A DNA stretch of 64,000 nucleotides from Gemmatimonadaceae bacterium. GTDB lineage: Bacteria; Gemmatimonadota; Gemmatimonadetes; Gemmatimonadales; Gemmatimonadaceae. The stretch covers positions 128,001 to 192,000 of the forward strand of contig JBHYGA010000001.1 in NCBI GenBank assembly GCA_051859245.1, given 5' to 3'. Within the stretch, counting starts at the first letter, position 1. Each line of letters opens with the position of its first letter. A program made the translations under genes and the position numbers. Below the pieces are notes generated by a model. The model was not told the origin of the DNA. It searched no databases and worked only from the letters and a program-made list of their open reading frames with translations. Shown one piece after another: positions 1 through 9,768 of the stretch.

Positions 1-1774
1 CATCGACTCTCTCGCGGCCAACGTATCCCTGCTTGAGTCGTCGGTTGTCGATTTGGCCGCTGCCGAAGGCGATCGACCAAGTGTCGCCGAGATCAACGAA
101 GCACAGGCAAACTTTCGCGCTGCGCGTGCGGCGTTCAAACGATCAGAGTTCCTCACTGCGTACTTCGAGCCTTCCACAACGCGCGCGATGAACGGCCCGG
201 CACTTCCGCGCGTGGAAGATGAAGAAGGTCCGGAAATTGTGTTCCCGCCCGAAGGGTTCCAGGTCATCGAAGAGTTGCTGTTTCCCGCGCCTGATCCAGA
301 GGCGCGTGAGCAACTGGTGAACGAGGTGCGGAATCTGCAGGCGTATGTGACTCGTCTGCGCACCACCGCGTCCCGACAAGTCATTACGGATGAGCATGTG
401 TTCGATGCCATCAAGCTGGAAATCGCGCGCATCGTCTCACTCGGCATTACTGGATTCGACTCGCCGGTTGCGCTCAACTCACTGGCCGAAGCGGCGGAGG
501 CCCTGCGCGCGCTGCGAAACGTGCTTTCTCTGTACGCATCGTCGATCGGAGACGCGAAGTGGCGGCAACTGGACGCCTCCTTTACGAGCGCCGTGGCCAC
601 GCTTACCAGCGCGAGTTCATTTGACGCCTTTGATCGGCTGAATTTCATTGTGCGGCATGCACACCCGCTGGCCGAGCAGCTTGCAGAAACACGAGTGGCT
701 CTGGCGATTGGCGTGCCGCAGGAGCGACGTGCCTTCCGTTTGGAGGCCGCCTCCTTGTTCTCAGCGGATGCATTCGACGCGTACGCCTTCGCGGCGCCTG
801 GCACGCCGAGAGCGACGACGGATCAGGTCGAACTCGGCCGTTCACTCTTTTTCGATTCGCGGATGTCGGGCGATGGAACCGTCTCCTGTGCCAGCTGTCA
901 CGTTCCGTCAAAGGCGTTCACCGACGGCCAGGTCCGTTCCGCGTCACGCTCGGGAACTGCGACGCTTCGCAACGCGCCGACCGTGATCAACGCGGGGCTG
1001 CAAGTGGGCTCGTTCTACGATTTACGCACCACGTACCTCGAGGATCAGGTGACGGACGTCGTGGGAAATCGTGAAGAGATGCATGGGAGCGTCGAGCAAG
1101 TCGCAAACGTGCTGCGGACAGATGCTGAGTATCGCGAACGATTTGCACGTGCCTTCGCTGGCACCGTCGACAGTGCCCTGAGCGCGCACAATATTCGTGT
1201 GGCGATCGCCGCGTACATTCGCTCGCTGCAGGCGCTCAACTCCCGTATTGATCAGGCGCTTCGCGGCGATGTGAGCGTGCTATCGGCAGAGGAGCGCGAG
1301 GGGCTGAACTTGTTCATGGGCAAGGGCAAATGCGCCACGTGCCATTTCATGCCACTCACCAACGGTACCGTTCCGCCAGTGTATGCCGAGAGTGAGGTAG
1401 AAGTGATCGGTGTTCCCTCCGCCAATACGATTCGCAATGCGCGCATCGATCCTGATAGCGGTCGCTTTCACATCACGCGGTCAGCGCCGCATCTGCACGC
1501 ATTCAAAACGCCTGGTCTGCGCAACGTCGCGCTCACGGCGCCCTACATGCACAACGGTGTGTATCGCACGCTGGCCGAAGTCGTTGATTTCTACAATCGC
1601 GGCGGGGGCGTGGGCATTGGCGCCGTACGAGAGAACCAGACACTGCCGCCTGATTCCCTCGGACTTTCGAAACGCGAGCAGCAGGCGCTTGTTCGCTTTA
1701 TGGAGGCGCTCACCGATACCGCCGGGACCGGCGCTGGTCGCGGAGTAACACGATACAGCCAAGGCGATCGATAG
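1..1774 (+). CDS. Di-heme cytochrome c peroxidase/MauG-family protein with an N-terminal helical (imelysin-like) domain; 5'-truncated
   Basis: Two CxxCH motifs (CASCH, CATCH), LGRSLFFD, RNAPT, FKTPGLRNVALTAPYMHNG. Frame is open from position 2, so the start lies upstream of the window. Confidence 0.85.
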   Translation, partial: IDSLAANVSLLESSVVDLAAAEGDRPSVAEINEAQANFRAARAAFKRSEFLTAYFEPSTTRAMNGPALPRVEDEEGPEIVFPPEGFQVIEELLFPAPDPEAREQLVNEVRNLQAYVTRLRTTASRQVITDEHVFDAIKLEIARIVSLGITGFDSPVALNSLAEAAEALRALRNVLSLYASSIGDAKWRQLDASFTSAVATLTSASSFDAFDRLNFIVRHAHPLAEQLAETRVALAIGVPQERRAFRLEAASLFSADAFDAYAFAAPGTPRATTDQVELGRSLFFDSRMSGDGTVSCASCHVPSKAFTDGQVRSASRSGTATLRNAPTVINAGLQVGSFYDLRTTYLEDQVTDVVGNREEMHGSVEQVANVLRTDAEYRERFARAFAGTVDSALSAHNIRVAIAAYIRSLQALNSRIDQALRGDVSVLSAEEREGLNLFMGKGKCATCHFMPLTNGTVPPVYAESEVEVIGVPSANTIRNARIDPDSGRFHITRSAPHLHAFKTPGLRNVALTAPYMHNGVYRTLAEVVDFYNRGGGVGIGAVRENQTLPPDSLGLSKREQQALVRFMEALTDTAGTGAGRGVTRYSQGDR

Positions 1775-1797
1775 TCCGGCGGGAAGGACTAGTTGCG

Positions 1798-2865
1798 CTA
1801 ACGCTTCTCATATTTCTTGAGTGCGCGAGGGCCAACTTCCGCACCGTACACATTGCCCTTCGCATCCACCGCAACACCTTCGGCCGCGCTGGTGTTGCGT
1901 GTGGTTTCTACGGGATCGGGAATCAGGCTCCAGACGGTGCCGTCTTTCGCACTGCCAATGCGAATGCCGCGCTTCCACTCCGGGCGACCGGGAGCGATTG
2001 ATCCCGATTCAGAGTCCGCAGCATAGAGTGTATCGCCCGGCGTAATCCAGAGTCCGCTGTTGCGTGAGAACTGATACCACGTGTCGAGATGCTTGCCATT
2101 CTGATCAAAGATCTGAATGCGATCGTTGCCGCGATCGGCGACGAACAAGCGTCCCTGGGAATCCATGGCGAGTGCATGCGGCTGGTCGAACTCGCTCACA
2201 CCAGTGCCCTTTTTGCCCCACTGCGTCAGCAGTTTGCCGGTCTTGTCGAACTTGAGCACGCGCGCGTTCGCGGTGGCATTTGAGGCGTGTCCTTCGGCCA
2301 CGAAGATGGTGCCCTCGCGCGTGACGTACACCGCATTGGGTTGCCAGAAGTAGAGACTGTCACGACCGCCGCCCGGTGTGCCGAGTGCCATGAGCAACTT
2401 GCCGTCGGGCGAGAACTTAAGCACCTGATGTCCGTTGATATTCGCCGGTCGACGTGGCGCCGCGGTATCACCTGGCGCACGGGCGGGTGTGTTGTCGCGG
2501 CCATCCACCACCCACACGTTGTTCTCGTGGTCCACAAAAATGCCGTGCGGCCAGTTCACCATGCCTGCGCCAAATGCACGTACCAGCTTGCCGGTGGCGT
2601 CGAACTTGAGAATCGGGTCAAGTGTTGAGCCGACGCAGCTGTTCTGCGCGCAGCGTTCGCCCACCCACACACTTTCGCCGTCGCGATCAATGGCCACCGC
2701 GCTTGTGGATCCCCACGTGCGTCCGTCGGGAAGTTTGGCCCAGCCTTCCACCGTGCGATACGGATTCGGTCGATCATTCACCGGCTGATTCGCGGGCGTG
2801 CGCTGCGCGAGCAACTGGGTGCTCGCAAAACAGAGCAGAAGTGCAGAGACTGCGTGTCGCATCAC
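1798..2865 (-). CDS. Secreted NHL-repeat beta-propeller, peptidyl-alpha-hydroxyglycine alpha-amidating lyase (PAL)-like
   Basis: Sec signal; NHL repeats WPHGIFVD, DQPHALAMDSQGRLFVADRGNDRIQIFD. ATGA overlap with the upstream oxidase. Confidence 0.8.
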   Translation of the reverse strand: MMRHAVSALLLCFASTQLLAQRTPANQPVNDRPNPYRTVEGWAKLPDGRTWGSTSAVAIDRDGESVWVGERCAQNSCVGSTLDPILKFDATGKLVRAFGAGMVNWPHGIFVDHENNVWVVDGRDNTPARAPGDTAAPRRPANINGHQVLKFSPDGKLLMALGTPGGGRDSLYFWQPNAVYVTREGTIFVAEGHASNATANARVLKFDKTGKLLTQWGKKGTGVSEFDQPHALAMDSQGRLFVADRGNDRIQIFDQNGKHLDTWYQFSRNSGLWITPGDTLYAADSESGSIAPGRPEWKRGIRIGSAKDGTVWSLIPDPVETTRNTSAAEGVAVDAKGNVYGAEVGPRALKKYEKR

Positions 2866-4322
2866 TCGTCCTCGAATTCACCGGGCGTGCCGGTGGGTTG
2901 ATCGTATGATTCGGTTGGCATCGCGAACGCTTTCGCGAGTTCAGGATCGGTCTTGTCCCCGAGTACACGTTGCGTCACGTATTGTGCGGCAATCGGCGCA
3001 AACTTGAAGCCTTCGGCCTGTCCGAGTCCCGCGACCCACGCGTTCGTGGTGTTGGGTACAAGATCAATCACGAAGTTGCGATTGATACTCGATTCGTAGT
3101 GACACGAACGTGTTTCGAGCAGCGGGGCATTGGCCAGAAGCGGAAAGCGCCGCTCGAGTAATCGGCGCGAGCCTTCCAGTCGATCCGCGCTGGCCCAGCG
3201 CACGCTCAGGTCTGGATCCGCCTGCGCGGGATCTGCCGGTGGACGCGGCGGTGGCGCCGGGAGTTTTTCCTTGATCGGATTCGGTGGTGGCACCGGCGGC
3301 GCGATGCCACCGCGCACACGAAAGCCGCGATTGTCCACGGGCAACGCAACCCAACCCGTCACACCGGGAAAATTCCAGCTCGGCAGATTCGGAAAACTGA
3401 ACCGCGCATCGTTGATCGGCGTGCCGTAATAACAGGCGGTGCCAATTGGAATTCGAATCTTGTTACCGAGTAATTCCGGAAACACTTTGCCGAGCCACGG
3501 TCCGCACGCAAACACAAATGCGTCGGCTTGCAGCTGTGATCCGTCTTCGAGAATCACGTACTGCATTTTGCCGCCAACCGTCGCGCCGGGGCGGACGCGC
3601 GAGGTGACGAGTGTAGCGCCCATGCGCGCGGCGATCGCGGCGGTGGCTTGTGTGGCATGACGCGCGCGCGCCACGCCCGCGTCTGGCTCGTAGATCGCTA
3701 CGGTGATATCGTCGGCGTTGATCACTGGCCAGCGCTTGCGCACTTCGTCACCGTCGAACTGTTCAAACTGCACCTTTTGCTGCGTCCAGAACTCGCGCGT
3801 TTTCGTGAGAAACGGTTCGTCGCGCGTACGCATGATCACGTCACCCGTGGTCATGAAGAACCGCGTGCCAAAGTCTTTCGCGTGTTCCGCGTCGAACTCG
3901 CGCCAATGCGTGATCGCGCGTCGCGCCCACGCGGTCCACAAATCGCCTGACGTGGCCCGGTCTCCATACGACGAGCGAATGCCGCGTGTCTCGTCACCAC
4001 TCGTAGCGCGCGAGTTGCCGGGACCGTAGGCGTCCACCAGAGTGACACGCTCGCCGCGTTTGCACAGCTCGAGCGCCGTGGATGCGCCCCAGATGCCGGC
4101 ACCGATCACCACGATATGGCTGGCGCCTGGCCGTCGTGGCGGCGCACGGAACGCGCTGGGCGACGCGAGCGCCGCGCTGGGGACGGTCTGGGTGAGCAGT
4201 GCACCAGCGCCGAGTCCCGCGACGCGCAGGAAGTCACGCCGGGGCAATGACGCGGACTCAGGGGAACTCGGTTTCGCCGCGGTCGGCGCTGGCGGTGAAT
4301 CGTCGCGGGTAGGATCAGTCAC
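2862..4322 (-). CDS. Tat-exported FAD-dependent oxidoreductase (DAO/sarcosine oxidase family)
   Basis: RRDFL Tat motif, VVIGAGIWG dinucleotide fold, ATSGDETRGIR, GFKFAP. Likely GTG start at 4322 rather than 4616. Confidence 0.85.
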   Translation of the reverse strand: MTDPTRDDSPPAPTAAKPSSPESASLPRRDFLRVAGLGAGALLTQTVPSAALASPSAFRAPPRRPGASHIVVIGAGIWGASTALELCKRGERVTLVDAYGPGNSRATSGDETRGIRSSYGDRATSGDLWTAWARRAITHWREFDAEHAKDFGTRFFMTTGDVIMRTRDEPFLTKTREFWTQQKVQFEQFDGDEVRKRWPVINADDITVAIYEPDAGVARARHATQATAAIAARMGATLVTSRVRPGATVGGKMQYVILEDGSQLQADAFVFACGPWLGKVFPELLGNKIRIPIGTACYYGTPINDARFSFPNLPSWNFPGVTGWVALPVDNRGFRVRGGIAPPVPPPNPIKEKLPAPPPRPPADPAQADPDLSVRWASADRLEGSRRLLERRFPLLANAPLLETRSCHYESSINRNFVIDLVPNTTNAWVAGLGQAEGFKFAPIAAQYVTQRVLGDKTDPELAKAFAMPTESYDQPTGTPGEFEDE

Positions 4323-4564
4323 GCGGGAAGGGCTCCTGAGAGATTCGGTGGGATAGGCGAAGTTGTCCCAATACCGCGTGCGCCGCAATGTGTGGGGACA
4401 TCGGGTTTCCGAGCGGACGGCCGGTGCGGGACAGCCCAGAGCGCATCGCTGCGGGATTGCCTCGACGGTGACGCGTGCGCAGGTTATGCGATCGATCCAC
4501 TTTTTGTGTTCGCGCTGCCGGCTACGGGGCGCGGCCTTTTCTGCCTCTCTCCCCAGGGCTGACA

Positions 4565-5011
4565 ATGCGTACGTCTTTTTTACTCGCGATTGGTGCGGTG
4601 CTCTGCACGTCCACACTTGGTGCGCAGGTCGCGCCGCGTTCTCAGGTCATTCCGGAAGGACAGCGCGCCTCGGCCACGCTCACGCCCGGCATCCGCTACG
4701 GCGACATTGTGTACGCGTCGGGTCAGCTCGGCACGAGCCGCGACGATCCGAATGCCACGATTCAGAATGAGACGCGTCGCGCGTTGGAGTCCACGAAGAA
4801 GGTGTTCGAGGCCGCGGGCACCACGATGGCGCAGACGATCAAGTGCACGGTGTTCCTGATCAATGCGGCAGATTTTGCGGGAATGAATGAGGCGTACCGC
4901 GAGTTCTTTCCCACGTCGCCGCCGGCGCGGTCCACGGTGGTAATCGCGGCGCTCGTGGTGCCGGGCGCGAAGGTCGAGATCGAGTGCATGGCGGCGATTC
5001 CGCCGAAGTAG
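4565..5011 (+). CDS. RidA/YjgF family imine deaminase with signal peptide
   Basis: VYASGQLG, KCTVFL, FAGMNEAYREFF, PPARSTV, KVEIECMA. N-terminus MRTSFLLAIGAVLCTSTLGAQ looks like a Sec signal; ATG at 4565. Confidence 0.88.
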   Translation: MRTSFLLAIGAVLCTSTLGAQVAPRSQVIPEGQRASATLTPGIRYGDIVYASGQLGTSRDDPNATIQNETRRALESTKKVFEAAGTTMAQTIKCTVFLINAADFAGMNEAYREFFPTSPPARSTVVIAALVVPGAKVEIECMAAIPPK

Positions 5012-5194
5012 TCGTCGAGGTCGTTCGGCGAAGCAGGTAGGAATGAGCGCCGAATGGGATGGGGCGCACAGACGCTGTGCGTAGTTGATCGCTTACGTGT
5101 AGCTGTAACCCTTCCTCGCGCGAACCGCCGCGGTGATCGATCCTGCCGACGCGGCTGGCGCTCTCCTCCCACCCATGGCTTCAAGGAGACTCCC

Positions 5195-8100
5195 ATGCGT
5201 CACTTGTGGCGCCGCGTCGCGGCGCTCATCGGCATGCTGGCCGTCAGTACCACCATCGCGGAGGGTCAAACCACGGGAACGATTACCGGTCGCGTGCTTG
5301 ACGCGGCGGGCGGTACACCGATTGCAAACTCGGCGGTGACCGTGGCCGGCACAACGATCCGTGCTCTGACCGGGGAAGATGGCCGCTACACGCTACGAAA
5401 CGTTCCAGTTGGTGCGGCAACGATCAGAGCAGTACGACTCGGTTACTCTGAGTTTTCGCGACAGATAACCGTAACCGCGGGCGACGCGGTCGCGCTCGAG
5501 ATCGGGCTAATCAAGGTCGCGTTCGACTTGACCGCCATTGTCACCACAGCGACGGGCGATCAGCGTCGCCTTGAGGTGCCGAATCAGATCGCCCAGATCG
5601 ATGCGAACAAGGCGATTGAATCGGCGCAGATCAGCAACGTTGGCGATCTGCTTATAGGAAAGGCGGCCGGTGTGCAGATCCTGCCAGGTACTGGTGTGAA
5701 CGCCGCCAGTCGAATCCGCATTCGCGGCACTTCCTCGATTTCGCTCAGCAACGATCCGATTGTGTTCGTGGACGGCGTGCGAATCAATAGTTCTACCTCG
5801 GGGTTCGGCAACGGTGGTGCGCCAACGGGTCGCCTGAATGACATCAATCCGGAAGATATTGAAACGATTGATGTGATTCGTGGACCGGCAGCATCAGCCA
5901 CGTACGGGACTGATGCTGCCACGGGTGTAATCGTCATCACCACGAAACGCGGGCGCGCGGGCGCTGCGCGCTGGTCCGTGTATACCGAGCAGGGCATTAC
6001 GCAGGATCGCAACACCTACCCCGACGCGTATACGGCGTGGGGTAAACTTGCTAACCAGTCGAATCCGGCCAACAACGGACGCGCGTCCGACTGTCAGATC
6101 AACACAATTGCGGCCGGCACGTGCGTCGTTGACTCGATCACCACGTTCAACCTTTGGAAAGATCCGCGCGCGAGCCCCCTGCGTACGGGCACTCGTCAGC
6201 AGTACGGCATCAGTGTCGCCGGCGGCAGCGAAGCGGCCACATATTTTGTCGCGCTTGAGCGGGAAGGAACGGTCGGCACGTTCGGGTTGCCGGAGTTCGA
6301 GCGGGATCGATTTGCACGTCAAGGCATTCCGATCGCGGACTATGTGGAAGACCCCAACGTGTTCTCCCGCGTCGGTCTCCGCATGAATCTCGACTTGAAT
6401 CTGGGCCGCGGCCTTCAAGTCCCGATCCGCAGCTATTTCCTGACCAGTCAGCAGCGCGCGCCTGAAGACGGGAATAACACGGTGGGACTCGGGTCGCATG
6501 CATACGGTGGACCGGGAACGCCTAACCGCGTGTTGGGAACCGATTCACTTTATGGTTATCGACAGTTCACGCCTGGCGACATTTTTCAGGAGAGCAACGA
6601 GATCGATCTGCAGCGCTGGATTGGCTCGATCTCTCCCGTGTGGACGCCCACGAGCTGGCTGACCGCGCGAGGAAATGCAGGCCTCGACTTTTCGATGGAG
6701 TCCTACGAGGGGGCCTGCCTGCTCAATCAATGCACGAATTTCGGGCAGCGTCGTCTGGGCTTCAAGAACACAGAGCGCGCCCGCACGTTCCAGTGGACTG
6801 CGGACTGGTCAGCGACCGGAAGTTTTCGTCCGACCGATTTTCTGTCTACGCGTACGACCGCCGGTTTCCAGTACGTATATCGCTTTGATGACGCGTACAG
6901 CGCGAACGCGGCGCAGCTTCCGCCGGGCGGCGCGACGCTGTCGCAGGGCGCGGTGCCATCCGTGGGTGAGGGCACGACCGTCTCGAAAACAGCGGGCGTT
7001 TTTGTTGAGCAGAATCTGCAGCTGTTCGACAAGTTCGACATCGTCGGATCTGTACGCGGAGACCAGAACAGTGCGTTTGGCCAGAACTTTGGTACCGCAT
7101 ACTATCCGCGTGCCGGTGTCTCGTATCGCGTGAGTCAGGAAGATTGGTTTCCGTTGCGCGACCAGATCAACCTGTTCCGGCTACGAAGTTCCTGGGGACA
7201 GGCAGGCATTCGCCCCGGTACCACGGCGTCCCTGCAGTTCTTTGGTTCGAATGTGTACCGTGATGCGGCAGCGGACGTGCCTGGCCTGATTTACCAGACG
7301 TTGGGCAACCTGAATCTGCGCCCTGAGACGGTGACCGAGATCGAAGGTGGGTTCGATGTGGGTTTGTTCAACGATCGAATCACGACATCGCTGACGTACT
7401 ACAACAAACGGTCGAGCGATGCCATCGTGAATCAGACGCTCGCACCGTCGCTTGGTACGGGTGCCACGACACGTGCAACGAATCTCGGCGCGATTCGCAA
7501 CTGGGGATGGGAGTATCTGGTGACCGCGCAGCCGATCGCCTACGATCGTTTTGCGTGGGACTTCACCGTCAATGGTTCGTATAACTCGAACGAAGTGCTC
7601 GATCTTGGTGGCAATCCAGCTGGTACCGGCAGCATTCGCAACGCCGAAGGCTATCCCATTAACTCGGTGTGGGACCGTCCGTACACGTATGAAGATCGGA
7701 ACGGAAACGGAATGATCGAGATCTCCGAGGTGACAGTGGACCCGGAGCAGCGATACCTCGGTTACAGCACACCGCGCGCCGAGCTTTCCATCCAGAATGG
7801 TTTTGATCTGCTGTCGGACCGTCAGATTCGCGTCACCTTTCTCGTTGACGGTAAGCTCGGTGGCTTGATCAACAACACGACCGAGCGCTTCCGCTGCGCG
7901 ACGCGACTCAATGCGCAAGAGCGCATCGATCCCAGTGCGCCGCTCGATCGACAGGCGCGCTGCGCGGCGTTTCAGAAGCCGGGCACCGAGTCAACCAATT
8001 TTGGCTACTTCGAGCCTACCGATTACTGGCGGCTTCGCGAAATGGCGGTGACGTGGCGGGTACCTGAGCGTTGGGTCTCTGCGCTGCCCAAGTTCCGAAC

Positions 8101-8257
8101 CAGTACCATCACGCTCTCGGGCCGTAACCTCAAGTTGTGGAGCGACTTCACAGGCGTCGATCCTGAGACGACTTCCAGCGTCGGTAACACGCAGGATGAG
8201 TTCCAAATCACGCCGCCGCTCCAGACGTGGACGCTGCGCTTCAACTTCGGCTTCTAA
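5195..8257 (+). CDS. SusC/RagA-family TonB-dependent outer membrane transporter
   Basis: AAGGAG RBS before ATG 5195; carboxypeptidase-regulatory-like N-domain; plug motifs IRIRG, PIVFVDG, DINPEDIE, YG...GVIVITTK; C-terminal Phe. Confidence 0.93.
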   Translation: MRHLWRRVAALIGMLAVSTTIAEGQTTGTITGRVLDAAGGTPIANSAVTVAGTTIRALTGEDGRYTLRNVPVGAATIRAVRLGYSEFSRQITVTAGDAVALEIGLIKVAFDLTAIVTTATGDQRRLEVPNQIAQIDANKAIESAQISNVGDLLIGKAAGVQILPGTGVNAASRIRIRGTSSISLSNDPIVFVDGVRINSSTSGFGNGGAPTGRLNDINPEDIETIDVIRGPAASATYGTDAATGVIVITTKRGRAGAARWSVYTEQGITQDRNTYPDAYTAWGKLANQSNPANNGRASDCQINTIAAGTCVVDSITTFNLWKDPRASPLRTGTRQQYGISVAGGSEAATYFVALEREGTVGTFGLPEFERDRFARQGIPIADYVEDPNVFSRVGLRMNLDLNLGRGLQVPIRSYFLTSQQRAPEDGNNTVGLGSHAYGGPGTPNRVLGTDSLYGYRQFTPGDIFQESNEIDLQRWIGSISPVWTPTSWLTARGNAGLDFSMESYEGACLLNQCTNFGQRRLGFKNTERARTFQWTADWSATGSFRPTDFLSTRTTAGFQYVYRFDDAYSANAAQLPPGGATLSQGAVPSVGEGTTVSKTAGVFVEQNLQLFDKFDIVGSVRGDQNSAFGQNFGTAYYPRAGVSYRVSQEDWFPLRDQINLFRLRSSWGQAGIRPGTTASLQFFGSNVYRDAAADVPGLIYQTLGNLNLRPETVTEIEGGFDVGLFNDRITTSLTYYNKRSSDAIVNQTLAPSLGTGATTRATNLGAIRNWGWEYLVTAQPIAYDRFAWDFTVNGSYNSNEVLDLGGNPAGTGSIRNAEGYPINSVWDRPYTYEDRNGNGMIEISEVTVDPEQRYLGYSTPRAELSIQNGFDLLSDRQIRVTFLVDGKLGGLINNTTERFRCATRLNAQERIDPSAPLDRQARCAAFQKPGTESTNFGYFEPTDYWRLREMAVTWRVPERWVSALPKFRTSTITLSGRNLKLWSDFTGVDPETTSSVGNTQDEFQITPPLQTWTLRFNFGF

Positions 8258-8266
8258 TCGACTGCC

Positions 8267-9682
8267 ATGACTATGCTGAAACTTGCTACTTCGCGCCGAG
8301 TCGCGATTGCACTGCTCGCGGTCTCGCTGTCTGCGTGTGACCTGAGCACGTTTGTCGAAGCGACCGATCCGGACATCATTGGAGTTGATGCGATTTCGAA
8401 TCCCACCGCCGCGAACGCCGTGCGGGTTGGGACACTCGGCCGTTTCAACGCCGCTACGACCGGCGGCGAGACGATGTTTTTGTACGGCGGGTTGTTCGGC
8501 GACGAGTTTGGAACGGGTGATACGTTCACACAGCGCGTTGAGACTGACCAACGCGCGCTCACGCCGCAGAACGCCAATATCACGACGGCATATCGTGGCC
8601 TGCATTTGCCGCGTATCGGCGCAATTCAGGCGCGTGAGGCGCTCGCCGAGTTCTCTCCTGGCGCGCCAAACTGGAACTTCGGCGAAATGTTTTTCGTCGA
8701 AGCGTACATGCTCAATCTACTGGCCGAATATTTCTGCAACGGTCAGCCAATCAGCTCGATCCGCGATGGTGTTGAGGAGTACGGCGCACCGCTGCCCAAC
8801 ACGGAGATCTTTGCACTCGCGCTGGCGAAGGTCGACTCAGGACTTGCTCGTGTAGGGACAGCAACCACAACGAACGACGTTCGTGTTCGCAACGCGCTCT
8901 CCATTCTCAAGGCCCGGATACTCCTGAATCAGGGTGCGTTCTCGGCGGTGCAGGCGGCGGTGGCTGCTGTGCCGACGACCTACGTCTGGCAGCAGGAACA
9001 CTCGAACACCGCTCGTACTCCGGGCGTCTGGTCGTTTGTAAACAATCAGCGCCGATATTCTGTCGCCAACTCTGAAGGCCCATTGGCGATGAATTTCGGC
9101 ACGGCGAACGATCCACGGGTGCCCGTTTGCACGGCGGGGCAGCCGGCGTGCGCCGCATTGTCGCTGACGCAGTCGCGGCCGTTCGACAGCGGCAATACTT
9201 CGGTGCCGAATATGCTGTATCAACTCATCTGGCCAAATGATGCGTCGTCGGTGGCCTTGATGAGTGGCTTGCAGGCGCGACTTTACGAGGCGGAGGCGTT
9301 AAATCGCGCCGATCGTTTTCCGGAAGCGCTTGCGATTCTCAACTCGCTTCGGGCAACACCGCCGGGTTATGGTCGTACGATCGCCGCGATGGCGCCGCTG
9401 ACGGATCCGGGTAATGCCGCGGCTCGTCGCAATCTCGTGTTCCGCGAGAAAGGATTCTGGTTGTTTGGCACCGGTCATCGGTATCCGGACATGCGCCGCA
9501 TGATGCGCCAGTACGGAATGTCGCAGACGGAGGTTTTTCCGAGCGGTAATACCTGGCAGATCAATCGCGCACCAGGGTATGGAACCGACGTTGTGTTTCG
9601 TACGCCAACGGCGGAAACGTTCAACCCTCTTCAGCCCGTCGGACCGGACGGTGCGGCGATTTGCATTGACACGAATCCATAG
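8267..9682 (+). CDS. SusD/RagB-like lipoprotein
   Basis: Lipobox LSAC; directly follows SusC; SusD-like C-terminal EKGFWLFGTGHRYPDMRR. Confidence 0.85.
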   Translation: MTMLKLATSRRVAIALLAVSLSACDLSTFVEATDPDIIGVDAISNPTAANAVRVGTLGRFNAATTGGETMFLYGGLFGDEFGTGDTFTQRVETDQRALTPQNANITTAYRGLHLPRIGAIQAREALAEFSPGAPNWNFGEMFFVEAYMLNLLAEYFCNGQPISSIRDGVEEYGAPLPNTEIFALALAKVDSGLARVGTATTTNDVRVRNALSILKARILLNQGAFSAVQAAVAAVPTTYVWQQEHSNTARTPGVWSFVNNQRRYSVANSEGPLAMNFGTANDPRVPVCTAGQPACAALSLTQSRPFDSGNTSVPNMLYQLIWPNDASSVALMSGLQARLYEAEALNRADRFPEALAILNSLRATPPGYGRTIAAMAPLTDPGNAAARRNLVFREKGFWLFGTGHRYPDMRRMMRQYGMSQTEVFPSGNTWQINRAPGYGTDVVFRTPTAETFNPLQPVGPDGAAICIDTNP

Positions 9683-9707
9683 AATCTGACTGAGTCACGG
9701 AAAGGAA

Positions 9708-9743
9708 AAAACGGGGAAGCGCTGCTATGCGCTTCCCCGTTTT
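9708..9743. terminator. Bidirectional intrinsic terminator
   Basis: AAAACGGGGAAGCGC-tgctat-GCGCTTCCCCGTTTT perfect stem with A/T tracts, between convergent genes. Confidence 0.85.
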
Positions 9744-9768
9744 GCATTTTATCAACATCACGGCAAGG

